A stretch of 64,000 bases of DNA from Chiloscyllium plagiosum. Its lineage: Eukaryota. Positions 39,086 through 50,515 of this stretch are shown here, one piece after another. The translations under genes were made by a program, and so were the position numbers. Numbering within the stretch: the stretch's first letter is position 1; each line of letters opens with the position of its first letter. Location of the stretch: the NCBI RefSeq assembly GCF_004010195.1, contig NC_057718.1:73270533-73334532 (forward strand), in the 5' to 3' direction. The notes under the pieces are model-generated. The model ran no database searches. It was not told where the DNA came from and saw only the letters and a program-made list of their open reading frames with translations.

Positions 39086-39490
39086 GAACATAGAACAATA
39101 AAGCACAGAACAGGCCACGATGTTGTGCCGAACATTTGTCCTAGCTTAAGCACCCATCCATGTACCTATCCAATTGCCGCTTAAAGGTCGCCAATGATTC
39201 TGACTCTGCCACTCCCACAGGCAGCGCATTCCATGCCCCCACCACTCTCTGGGTAAAGAACCTACCCCTGATATCCCCCCTATACCTTCCACCCTTCACC
39301 TTAAATTTATGTCCCCTTGTAACACACTGTTGTACCCGGGGAAAAAGTTTCTGACTGTCTACTCTATCTATTCCTCTGATCATCTTATAAACCTCTAACA
39401 AGTCACCCCTCATCTTTCGCCGTTCCAATGAGAAAAGGCCTAGCACTCTCAACCTATCCTCGTATGACCTATTCTCCATTCCAGGCAACA
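39086..39490 (-). mobile_element. CR1 3' end
   Basis: RGDLLEVYKMIRG...FFTQRVVGAWNALP. Confidence 0.9.
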
Positions 39491-39682
39491 GAATAGTAAT
39501 ACATGTTACTAGAATAGTAATTCAGGAGCAAAATGAGGCTCTATTCACCTGCAGGAACCTGGACAACATTCAGGTTTGGACTGTTGAGTAGCAAGCAACA
39601 TTTATGCCACAAAAGTGCTAAGTAATGACGATTATCAGCATTAGAGAATCTATAACCTTTTCTTGATATTCAATGTCATGAC

Positions 39683-39782
39683 TGTAGTAATCAGAATGAG
39701 ATCAACCAGATGGACATCAGCGAATGTGTTCCCTGATTGGGGCTGTTAACCTGGTCCAATCAGAGACACCTTTTGAGAGAAA
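39683..39782 (+). mobile_element. Probable 5' part of an LTR (Gypsy-type), cut off by the Tx1 array
   Basis: Starts abruptly with TGTAGT inside an old LINE RT remnant. Carries opposed CCAAT boxes CTGATTGG...CCAATCAG. Confidence 0.5.
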
Positions 39783-41076
39783 TGCTTGGAATTTGAATAA
39801 AGATTCGTGCACTTTGCATCTTTCACTGTGTCTCACACCTGCACACACACACCATGGGTGCTGGGGAGAAAATATGCACTACCGCACTTAGGTGGTAGTG
39901 TGGGGTTAAAGGGGAAAAAAAAGGGGAGTGTCACTAAAAAAGAAAAAAGAAAAAAAAATAAAAAAAATAAAAAAAATAAACAGGAGATTAAAGAAAAAAA
40001 AAACAGGAGTGTTCACTGGCCACCCGGGTGTTTTCCTATCTTCCTGGTGGTGGAATTTGAATAAAGATTCGTGCACTTTGTGTCTTTCACTGTGTCTCAC
40101 ACCTGCAAAAAAAAAGAAAAGAAAAGAAAAAAAAAATGAACAGGAGTGCTTGGAATTTGAATAAAGATTCGTGCACTTTGCATCTTTCACTGTGTCTCAC
40201 ACCTGCACACACACACCATGGGCGCTGGGGAAAAATAAGCACTACCGCACTTAGGTGGTAGTGTGGGGGTTAAAGAAAAAAAAAATGAACAGGAGTGCTT
40301 GGAATTTGAATAAAGATTCGTGCACTTTGTGTCTTTCACTGTGTCTCACACCTGCAAAAAAAAAGAAAAGAAAAGAAAAAAAAAATGAACAGGAGTGCTT
40401 GGAATTTGAATAAAGATTCGTGCACTTTGTGTCTTTCACTGTGTCTCACACCTGCACACACACACCATGGGTGCTGGGGAAGAAAAATAAGCACTACCGC
40501 ACTTAGGTGGAAAAAAAAAGAGAAATGTTTGGCCACCCGGGTGTTTTCCTATCTTTCTGGTGGTGAAATTGAATAAAGATTCGTGCACTTTGTGTCTTTC
40601 ACAGTGTCTCACACCTGCAAAAAAAAAGAAAAGAAAAGAAAACAAAATGAACAGGAGTGCTTGGAATTTGAATAAAGATTCGTGCACTTTGTGTCTTTCA
40701 CTGTGTCTCACACCTGCACACACACACACCATGGGTGCTGGGGAAAAAAAAAATAAAAGAGGACATCAAATAAGCGCTACCGCAGTTAGGCGGTAGTATG
40801 GGGGTTAAAAAAAAAACTGGAGCGTCAATTCTATTTTGATAAAAAAAACCCAGAAAATTTACATTAGAGCCCGGGTGTCCTTGGAGAAGGAGCACACGGT
40901 GTCCACCAACACCCTGGAGTTGTTCAGGGAGAGGTGGGCGCCGCAGGGAGTGGAGTGCATTATTTCTCCCTCCAACTCTAAATAAAAAAAAATGAACAGG
41001 AGTGCTATCACACAGCATTGCCCTTTGATGTGAAGGGCACTGCTTGTCACTGGCCACTCGGGTGTTGGCCTATCTT
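39783..41076 (+). repeat. Head-to-tail array of short Tx1 3'-end copies with A tails and TGAACAGGAGTGCT linkers
   Basis: About 10 units share segments of the Tx1 3'UTR/ORF2 end. Exact linkers at 40137, 40286, 40386, 40648 and 40993. Confidence 0.9.
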
Positions 41077-42128
41077 AAGAGTTGGAGCAGTGTGAGTGAG
41101 TGTGCACACGGGCAAGGACTCTCCTCCTTGAAGGGGACTGTCCCTGGATTAGCTGCCCTGCATCGAGAGAGAGAGAGAGAGGAAGGAAAGAAGAAGAAGA
41201 GGAGGAGGCAGAAGCAGAAGGAGGTGAGAGATTTTGAGTCTGGGGCCTATGTTTGGACCTGCAGCCTGGGCCTCACCCAGGTCAAGGGAGTGTTGCTGCT
41301 GACCTGGGGCCCACTCCCACTGCTGGTTTTTGGGACCCCGCCTGGACCTGCCTCAGCTGTTGCTGCTTGGGGCCTGCCTCACTGCTGCTGCCTGAGACTT
41401 GCCTTGGGGACCCTCCCAGGACCTCCACCACTGCTGCTGTTATTAGAGGCCCACCTCCACTGCTGCTGCCTGGGACTCAATTTTGGGGCTGACTGGGACT
41501 TGCCTTGGGGACCCTCCCCAACAGGTCTGCCCCACCAACTGCTGCAACCAAGGGCCTGCCGAGGACTTGCCAGAGGCCTGCCTCCACTGCTGCTGTTGTC
41601 TGAGGCCTGCCTCCAACAATGCTGCCTGGGACTCGCCTTGGGGCCCCTCCCAACAACCTCAACCACTACTGCTGCCTGGGACTTGCCTTGGGGACCCTCC
41701 CCAACAGGTCTGCCCCCACCGCTGCGACCGAGGGTCTGCTTAGGACTTGCCTGAGGCCTGCGTCCACCGCCACTGCCTGGGACTCGCCTTGTCCCCTCCC
41801 CAGGACCTCCAACACTGCCACTGCTGGAGGCCCACCTCCACTGCTACTGCTGCCTGGGACTCAATTTTGAGGCTGCCTGGGACTTGCCTTGGGGACCCTC
41901 CCCAACAGGTCTGCCCCCACCGCTGCGACCAAGGGCCTACCTGGGACTCGCCCGAGGCCTGCCTCCACCGCTGCTGTTGCCTGAGGCCTGCCTCCACCAC
42001 TACTGCTGCCTGAGACTCGCCTTGGGTGACTGGCCTTGGGCCCCTCCCCACAACCTCCACCACTGCTGCTGCCAGAGGCCCACCTCCACCGCTGCTGCCT
42101 GAGGTCTACAAATATCCAGCAGCAGAGT

Positions 42129-44353
42129 ATGGCGAGCCCGAAGGTCACGGGGCCTAGCCGCACCTACGCCGGGGTAGCCGCTGCTTTAGGCTCGGCTATC
42201 CCAACCCTGGCCGCAACCGCAACCCCCTTCAGGCACCTGACTAAATGCCTGGGGGTAAAGGCCTATCCCCACCCCAACATGTCCATCGAGGCCTGCAGCA
42301 AGGCCATGGCTAGTGTGGTCGGCCCACTGGCCATCGTCGCTGCGGCCCGGATGTACGGGAAGGCCGTCTTCTTCCTTAAGACCGAGCAGGCGGTCCACCT
42401 GGCCGTGGAGAGGGGGCTCACTGTGGGCGGGACACATTTGCCCGTCGACCCTCTGGAGGTTACGGCCCAGAGGGTCGTGATCTCCAACGTCCCACCCTTC
42501 ATTGCCAGCGAGCTCCTTCTACCCCACCTCACCACCTTTGGGGAGATCCGGTCAGGGGTCCAACCGCTCCTGCTCGGTCTTAAGGACCCCGCCCTCCGAC
42601 ACATCTACTCCTTCCGATGCCAGGTGTTCATTTGCCTGGCCCGGGAGGAGGTCACCGAGGGCTCATTCACACTCCTCCATGAGGGCGTGGCCTACCACGC
42701 CTTGCAGACAGCATGCGGTGCCACCTGTGCCCCGAGGTGGGGCACATTAGAAAAAACTGCCCCACCCAGAAGGCTGCCCAGCCCACGCCAACAGCTGATG
42801 GTGGTGCCGCCGCACCCACTCCCCCTCCCCCGAAGTCAACACCACAAGCCCCGGCACCGGAGAGTAAGCCGGATGCATCCGATGCTCCAGCCTCAGGCAG
42901 GGAGGGGGTGATCGTCCGGCCGGCCAGAAGGCGCTCAAGAAGACGTGACATGTCAGGCCTGCCCATGGGGAGACCACCCTATCCCCTTCCCCGACACCCA
43001 GCCCACGCCCTGCCCCACCTTGGCACGATAATGCCCCTGCGGCCGTGCCAGCATTGCCCCGGCGCGGGAACCCTGACCCCCAAACCCCCACCTGATCCTG
43101 GTCTCACTGACCCCACATCCACTCCCCACTCCGATAGAGAAACCCCTGGGGCTTCAACACCTGCCCCTGGCGCTGTAACACCTGGTCTGGGGGCCCCCGA
43201 GCCCGAGCCCTGGCACTAACCTGGGGGGAAACCACCACTACCCCACCTCCTGCAGCGACCGTGCCTCTGGGCCCTGGAGAGGGAATTGGGCCTCTTTCCC
43301 GCCCGCCGTCACCTGATAAACCAGGGGCGGGGCAAGAAGTGACACAGCTGACCCTCCCCACGCCTTCTGTCTTCCCCCAGCCAATCGTATTCCGGGAAAA
43401 GCTGGGGGGGGACCTCGGGCCCCATGACCACCAAGGCGGGCGGGGAGGGGAAGGCCCATAAATTCCCCCCTGTCTCTCTGGGGAAGAGGCACCGGCCCGT
43501 GGAGGGGAGAGACACTCCAGCAGCGCTGCCCCTCTCCAGGGGATGAGCCAACGGTGCCTCTTGACTGTCCTGCACTGCGGCCCGACCTACCCAAACCCAC
43601 AGTGGCTACAGCAGGGCCTCCTGCTGCCTCAACTCCTCCGGCCCCTTTGGAGGACTTTAACAACCACGAGGGTCGTGGTGCGGGTGACGATGGAGGACCC
43701 TCTGCTGGGTCGTCGAGCGGCGGAGGGGAGGAAGGTGTTATCCTCGCTCCTCCCTCCCAGACTGTTTTTCCGGGGGCCTTGGCCCTGGGGGAGAACCTTT
43801 TCCCCGAGGAGCCGGGCGTCTCGTTGTTGGGAGAGGAGCGGGGCCCCGGGCCTCTGCCGCCCGATGACCCGAACTCGGGGCGTTCCGGGAAGGGGTGCGC
43901 TGTGGAAGGTACTGCCGGTGACCCTGGCGGTGGGGTCGCCGGGGGTTTGAGGCCAGTTGGCTGTGCCGGACCAGCCCCCATCCTCTCGGTGGGGGAGGGG
44001 TCGGTGACAGAGGGCGACCTCCCAGAGGAGGGTTCGGGATCGGTGGCGGACACCGGGGACGACGCGGACTCTGTCTGCAGTGACGTTTGAGTCCCAGGTG
44101 CCCCCCCCACCGATCTCCCCCTCATCCCCTCGAGGAACTCTGGGAATTTGTCGAGGAAACACGGAGTTGCCAGGATAGAGCCCAACTGGCACTCGACTGC
44201 TGGAGCTCATTCGAGAGAGTTTATAGGTTGGCCCACGCTGCTTGCCAGGCGCCTGGGCTCGACGTGAATGAGCGAAAGCGAGTCAGGAACTTCCTGGGTG
44301 CGCTCCTGGTGAGGGCAAGGGACTTCTGTGCCCCTCCCTCATCCTCCCAGTAA
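42129..44353 (+). pseudogene. Tx1 ORF1 (RRM-like region, CCHC zinc knuckle, long Pro-rich linker), frameshifted
   Basis: MASPKVTG...AAARMYGKAVFFLKTEQAV...VVISNVPPFI...CHLCPEVGHIRKNC, spread over several frames. C-terminal helical block LEELWEFVEETR...RVRNFLGALL ends at 44353. Confidence 0.8.
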
Positions 44354-44408
44354 ATGTGTATATATAGGTTTTTAACTGTACTGGTGGTGGTTGCACAACG
44401 CTTCCGAC

Positions 44409-47400
44409 ATGGAGCCAACTATAGCCAGCCTCAACATCAACGGCAGCAGGGAGTCACAGCGCAGATTCCAGACCCACTCGGTCCTTCGGGACGGGAGGTA
44501 TGCGGTGTGCTTCCTGCAAGAAACCCACACTACCCCGGAGACGAAGCCACCTGGCTCCTGGTGTGGCGAGTGGGGGTGGGGTCTACATGAGTCACCTCAC
44601 CCGCAGATCTGGCGGGGTGGCTATTTTGTTGGCCCCGCATTTTCAGCCGGAGATCTTGGGGGTCAGGGAGCCCATGCCAGGCCATTTGCTTCACCCGATG
44701 GTTCGGCTGGGGGGCGCGGTGCTTCACTTGGTGAACGTCTACGCTCCCCTGGCCGGGCCAAGGCAAGCAAGCTTCTTTGAAGCAGTGTCCACTCATTACG
44801 CCTCCATCGACGAGAACCAGTGCGTCGTCCTCGGGGGAGATTTTAACTGCGTCCTCGAGGGCAGGGACCACAGCGGTGCCTGCACTGGTTGGGCATCGGG
44901 GAGGAGATTGGGGGACTTGGTCAAGTCCTTCGACCTGGTGGACGTCTGGCGAAATCTCCATCCCGACTCCATCGCCTTCACCTTCGTGAAGCCTGGGGTC
45001 GGAGCATCTAGAATCGACCGCCTGTACGTTTCACGGGCGCACGCCTCCTGTTTTCTGAAGGCCTCCACGCGGCATGTGTCGTGCACGGACCATCACCTGG
45101 TGTGGGCGGAACCTCTTCCGTTCGGCGCCAGGCTCGGCTCCGCATACTGGCACTTTAACAACCTGCTGCTGGAGGACGAGCGGTTCCGGGACTCGTTTCG
45201 TCGCTTCTGGGCCGGCTGGAGAAGGAAGCGGGGAAGCTTCCCCTCCCTGAGGCTATGGTGGGACGTGGGCAAGGCTCACGTCCGCGTCTTCTGTCAGGAG
45301 TACGCGAGGGGGTCGACGAAGAGGCAGACATCCAGGAGCGGGGAGTTGGAGAGGGAGATGCTCGACCTGGAGTCACGCCTTGGTCAGCCCGACGTGGACC
45401 CGGCCCTGCGCGGGGCNNNNNNNNTATATAGGTTTTTAACTGTACTGGTGGTGGTTGCACAACGCTTCCGACATGGAGCCAACTATAGCCAGCCTCAACA
45501 TCAACGGCAGCAGGGAGTCACAGCGCAGATTCCAGACCCACTCGGTCCTTCGGGACGGGAGGTATGCGGTGTGCTTCCTGCAAGAAACCCACACTACCCC
45601 GGAGACGAAGCCACCTGGCTCCTGGTGTGGCGAGTGGGGGTGGGGTCTACATGAGTCACCTCACCCGCAGATCTGGCGGGGTGGCTATTTTGTTGGCCCC
45701 GCATTTTCAGCCGGAGATCTTGGGGGTCAGGGAGCCCATGCCAGGCCATTTGCTTCACCCGATGGTTCGGCTGGGGGGCGCGGTGCTTCACTTGGTGAAC
45801 GTCTACGCTCCCCTGGCCGGGCCAAGGCAAGCAAGCTTCTTTGAAGCAGTGTCCACTCATTACGCCTCCATCGACGAGAACCAGTGCGTCGTCCTCGGGG
45901 GAGATTTTAACTGCGTCCTCGAGGGCAGGGACCACAGCGGTGCCTGCACTGGTTGGGCATCGGGGAGGAGATTGGGGGACTTGGTCAAGTCCTTCGACCT
46001 GGTGGACGTCTGGCGAAATCTCCATCCCGACTCCATCGCCTTCACCTTCGTGAAGCCTGGGGTCGGAGCATCTAGAATCGACCGCCTGTACGTTTCACGG
46101 GCGCACGCCTCCTGTTTTCTGAAGGCCTCCACGCGGCATGTGTCGTGCACGGACCATCACCTGGTGTGGGCGGAACCTCTTCCGTTCGGCGCCAGGCTCG
46201 GCTCCGCATACTGGCACTTTAACAACCTGCTGCTGGAGGACGAGTGGTTCCGGGACTCGTTTCGTCGTTTCTGGGCCGGCTGGAGAAGGAAGCGGGGAAG
46301 CTTCCCCTCCCTGAGGCTATGGTGGGACGTGGGCAAGGCTCACGTCCGTGTCTACTGTCAGGAGTACGCGAGGGGGTCGACGAAGAGGCAGACATCCAGG
46401 AGCGGGGAGTTGGAGAGGGAGATGCTCGACCTGGAGTCACGCCTTGGTCAGCCCGACGTGGACCCGGCCCTGCGCGGGGCATGCGAAGAGAAGAAACCCG
46501 CGCTCCAGGACCTGCAGCTCGTCGGGACTCGGGGCGCGTACATGAGGTCGCGGATCCAGCTCCTCCAGGACCTGGACCGCGGCTCCCCCTTCTTCTACTC
46601 GCTGGAAAAAAGGCGTGGCACCCGTCAGCAGCTGGCCAACAAAGGGTCCCTCGTTTCGGATCCGGAGGGCATCAGGGCCCACGTCCGAAACTATTACACG
46701 TCTCTGTTCTCTCCGGATCCGTCCAGCGAGGATGCTCGCAGTGTTCTGTGGGAGGACCTGCCACAGCTCGGCCCGGAGGACGCCGGAAGGCTCGACGCTC
46801 CCGTCACCTTAGAGGAGCTGACCGGCGCCCTCGACCGGCTCTCGAGGGGCAAAACCCCAGGGCTGGATGGGCTGACTGTGGAGTTCATCAGGGCATTCTG
46901 GGATGTCCTGGGGAGCGATTACGCACAGGTCCTGGGGGAGTGTCTAAATGCCGGAGAGCTGCCCCTTTCTTGGTGCAGGGCGGTCATTGTCCTTCTGCCA
47001 AAGAAGGGGGACCTTCGTTCCCTAAAGAACTGGGGTCCGGTCTCCCTCCTCAGCATGGACTACAAAATCTTCGCCAGGGTGTTGTCTTCTTGCCTGGCCT
47101 CCGTGCTGGCCCACATGATTCACCCGGACCAGTCCTACACGGTCCCGGGCCGGAGGATACACGATAACGTCCACCTGGTCCGGGACCTGATCCATTTCTG
47201 TCGACGGGCTGGTCTGCCGAGCGCCTTCCTGTCTCTCGACCAGGAGAAGGCGTTCGACAGGGTCGATCACGAGTACCTGCTCGGGACTTTGCGGGCATTT
47301 GGGTTCATGAGCAGTTCGTCGCCTGGATCCGACTTTTGTACGCTGCCGCAGAGTGTCTGGTTAAAGTTAACAGGTCCCTGACGGCGCCCCTTCGCTTCGG

Positions 47401-49334
47401 GAGAGGAGTGCGTCAAGGCTGCCCCCTGTCCGGCCAGCTGTAATCCCTGTGCGTGGAGCCTTTACTGCGCCTCTTGCGGAGACGGTTGTCGGGGCTGGTT
47501 CTGTGCAGCATGGGCACGGGGGTGGTCCTCTCGGCCTGCGCCGACGACGTGCTCCTCACCTTTCGCTGACCTGGGGAGGATGCACGAGTGCCAGGCCGTG
47601 TACTCGGCAGCGTCTTCTGCCAGGATTAGCTGGGCCAAATGTTCTGGACTACTGGTCAGTCCATGGCAGGTGGACTCTCTGCCAGAGGAGTTACAGGGGT
47701 TCAGCTGGAGTACCACCCATCTCCTCTACCTGGGGGTCTACCTCAGCCCGGCTGAGGAATCCTGGCCGGCCAACTGGCAGGAGCTGGAGGCCAAAGTCTC
47801 GGCTCGCCTAGCACTGCTCCGAGTGCTATCTTACAGGAGTCGAGTGCTGGTCATAAACCAGCTGGTGGCCGCCATGCTGTGGTACCAGCTGGTCACTTTG
47901 GTCCCTCCTCCTGGCTTTGTCGCTGACATCAAGAGAACGTTGGTCGACTTCTTCTGGGACAAAAGGATGCGTTGGGTTGCTGTGCAGGTTCTGAGTCTCC
48001 CTATTGCGGAGGGCGGTCAGTCGCTGGTGTGCGTCCGCACCCAGGTCACGACGTTCCACCTTCAGACCTTTATGTCGAGCCTCCTCCTAGGTGGTGCGCC
48101 CTGGCGACATATTTTTTCCGCCAGGTGCGTAACCTCGACTACGACACGCAGCTCCTGTTCATCGACCGTGACGGTTTGGAGGTCGCCCTCAAGACGCTGC
48201 CTGTCTTTTACCAGGATCTGATCACTGTCTGGAACATGGTCGAATCGCGTCGCGCCTACCCTCCGCCTGGAGTAGTGGCTGTCGTCAGGGAGTCGTTGCT
48301 CAGGAATCCACACCTCCGTACTCGCGGGTTCGAGTGGCTGTCGAAGGGGAGGGCCGTGGCGGCGAGGGTGACCAGGGTCGGGGACGTGCTGGGTGCCGGG
48401 GGCCTGGGCTGGACGCTGCCGCAGGACATAGCGAGCAGGGCAGCGGTAGAGGTCCGGTACATGGCCACCGCCATCCGACGCCTTAAAACGGCGGTGCTCG
48501 GACCCTACGTAGTGCACCAGTTGGAGGACGCTCAGGTGTGCGGTGGGAAGACGTCCACTCTCATCCCAACCCGTATGGAATTTCACATAGGCTCCCGCGG
48601 GAAGTACGGGACCTTGGGGCCAATGTCCCACAACCTGAGCCGTCTCCGGAATTTTAATTTTGTCCCTTTTTTTTAAGGATGTAAAAAGGCGGGCCGTGTA
48701 TCGACTGCTGCTGCACACCGTCCACCTCTTTTCTCCCTCATCCACCGTCCGGACACGCCTTGGCGTGCCCATTTGCTACTGGGTGGTGGGGATCCCCAGT
48801 GGAGTGCTCTCTACGCGGGAGTCCTCCCCCTTTCTCTCGGGGATCTGGGGTGGAGGGTGCTGCACGCAGCAGTCCCCTGCAACCGCAGATTGCGGTGGTT
48901 CACGGACTCCCAGCCCAACTGCTTGTTCTGTGGCGCTGTGGAGTCCGTGGACCACGTATATATTGGGTGTGGGGCGTTTGCACTCCCTTTTTGATTTTCT
49001 GAAAAACCTTCTCCTCTGTTTTTGGCTGCACTTCAGTCCCACGCTCCTGATCTTTGGGCACCCGGTACGGAGGAAGGAGGGCAGGTCTGAAGACCTCCTC
49101 GTGGGTCTGCTCCTGGGCCTGGCCAAACTGGCCATCAACAGGTCCAGGCAGCGGGCCGTGGAGGGGGTCGTTAAGGCCGACTGCCTGCCCCTCTTCCGCG
49201 GTTACGTTAGAGCCCGGGTGTCCTTGGAGAAGGAGCACGCGGCGTCGACCAACACCCTGGAGTTGTTCAGGGAGAGGTGGGCGCCGCAGGGAGTGGAGTG
49301 CATCATTTCTCCCTCCAACTCTATTTTGATTTAG
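44409..49334 (+). pseudogene. Tx1 ORF2 (APE endonuclease + reverse transcriptase), frameshifted
   Basis: APE motifs IASLNING, FLQETH, LVNVYAP, GGDFN, SRIDRLY, TDH. RT motifs GKTPGLDGL, PVSLLSMDYKIF, LDQEKAFDRVDH, GVRQGCPLS, (C)ADD. C-terminal CLFCGAVESVDH. Confidence 0.9.
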
Positions 49335-49957
49335 TCCCTACCCTCCCCTTCACTGTTTTGATCACACAGCACTGCCCCTTGATGTGAAGGGCAGTGTTTG
49401 TCACTGGCCACCCGGGTGTTTGCCTATTGTGAGTGTATGTNNNNNNNNNNNNNNNNNNNNNNNNNNNNNNNNNNNNNNNNNNNNNNNNNNNNNNNNNNNN
49501 NNNNNNNNNNNNNNNNNNNNNNNNNNNNNNNNNNNNNNNNNNNNNNNNNNNNNNNNNNNNNNNNNNNNNNNNNNNNNNNNNNNNNNNNNNNNNNNNNNNN
49601 NNNNNNNNNNNNNNNNNNNNNNNNNNNNNNNNNNNNNNNNNNNNNNNNNNNNNNNNNNNNNNNNNNNNNNNNNNNNNNNNNNNNNNNNNNNNNNNNNNNN
49701 NNNNNNNNNNNNNNNNNNNNNNNNNNNNNNNNNNNNNNNNNNNNNNNNNNNNNNNNNNNNNNNNNNNNNNNNNNNNNNNNNNNNNNNNNNNNNNNNNNNN
49801 NNNNNNNNNNNNNNNNNNNNNNNNNNNNNNNNNNNNNNNNNNNNNNNNNNNNNNNNNNNNNNNNNNNNNNNNNNNNNNNNNNNNNNNNNNNNNNNNNNNN
49901 NNNNNNNNNNNNNNNNNNNNNNNNNNNNNNNNNNNNNNNNNNNNNNNNNNNNNNNNN

Positions 49958-50515
49958 CATGCTCCTGATCTTTGGGCACCCGGTACGGAGGAAGGAGGGC
50001 AGGTCTGAAGATCTCCTCGTGGTTCTGCTCCTGGGCCTGGCCAAACTGGCCATCAACAGGTCCAGGCAGCGGGCCGTGGAGGGGGTCGTTAGGGCCGACT
50101 GCCTGCCCCTCTTCCGCGGTTACGTTAGAGCCCGGGTGGCCTTGGGGAGGGAGCACGCGGTGTCCACCAACACCCTGGAGTTGTTCAGGGAGAGGTGGGC
50201 GCCGCAGGGAGTGGAGTGCATTGTTTCCCCCTCCAACTCTATTTTGATTTAGTCCCTACCCTCCCCTTCACTGTTTGATCGGACAGCACTGCCCTTTGAT
50301 GTGAAGGGCAGTGTTTGTCACTGGCCACCCGGGTGCTTTCCTATCTTCCTGGTGGTGGAAATTGAATAAAGATTTGTGCACTTTGTGTCTTTCACTGTGT
50401 CTCACACCTGCCCACACACACACAACATGGGTGCTGGGGGAAAAAATAAGCACTACCGCACTTAAGTGGTAGTGTGGGGGTTATATATTTTTAAAAAAAG
50501 AAGAAAAAGAAAAAA
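49958..50515 (+). mobile_element. Tx1 3' fragment (end of ORF2, full 3'UTR and A tail)
   Basis: Near-identical to 49040-49427 with several substitutions, and continues to an A-rich tail. The left edge is a gap. Confidence 0.8.

Larger units (their letters stand above)
41077..49427 (+). mobile_element. Tx1-clade non-LTR retrotransposon, near full length, frameshifted
   Basis: Repeat-rich 5'UTR, ORF1 with CCHC knuckle, ORF2 with APE, RT and a C-terminal Cys motif, then a 3'UTR. It is GC/CpG-rich against an AT-rich background. A 1064-bp internal duplication around an 8-N gap is probably an assembly artefact. Confidence 0.9.

Noticed and set aside
40137..40150. Linker as a U1/U2 snRNA, 5S rRNA or tRNA target (known Tx1 target types)
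   Set aside because: No recognisable snRNA, 5S or tRNA sequence flanks the cluster; only trivial short resemblances.
39783..41076. CRISPR-like repeat/spacer array
   Set aside because: Eukaryotic context, no cas genes, and the 'spacers' are all pieces of the same retrotransposon 3' end.
41077..41165. HDV-like ribozyme at the Tx1 5' end
   Set aside because: I could not build a P1-P4 nested pseudoknot conserved in both copies; the candidate GGGCA/TGCCC pairing is broken in copy 2.
44361..46480. Apparent tandem duplication of the Tx1 endonuclease domain (1064 bp)
   Set aside because: The two copies differ at only a few positions and meet exactly at an 8-N gap, the typical signature of an unmerged contig overlap or haplotype duplication.
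41253..49238. Many overlapping and antisense ORFs within the Tx1 element
   Set aside because: Expected by-products of GC-rich, stop-poor sequence; no recognisable domains.
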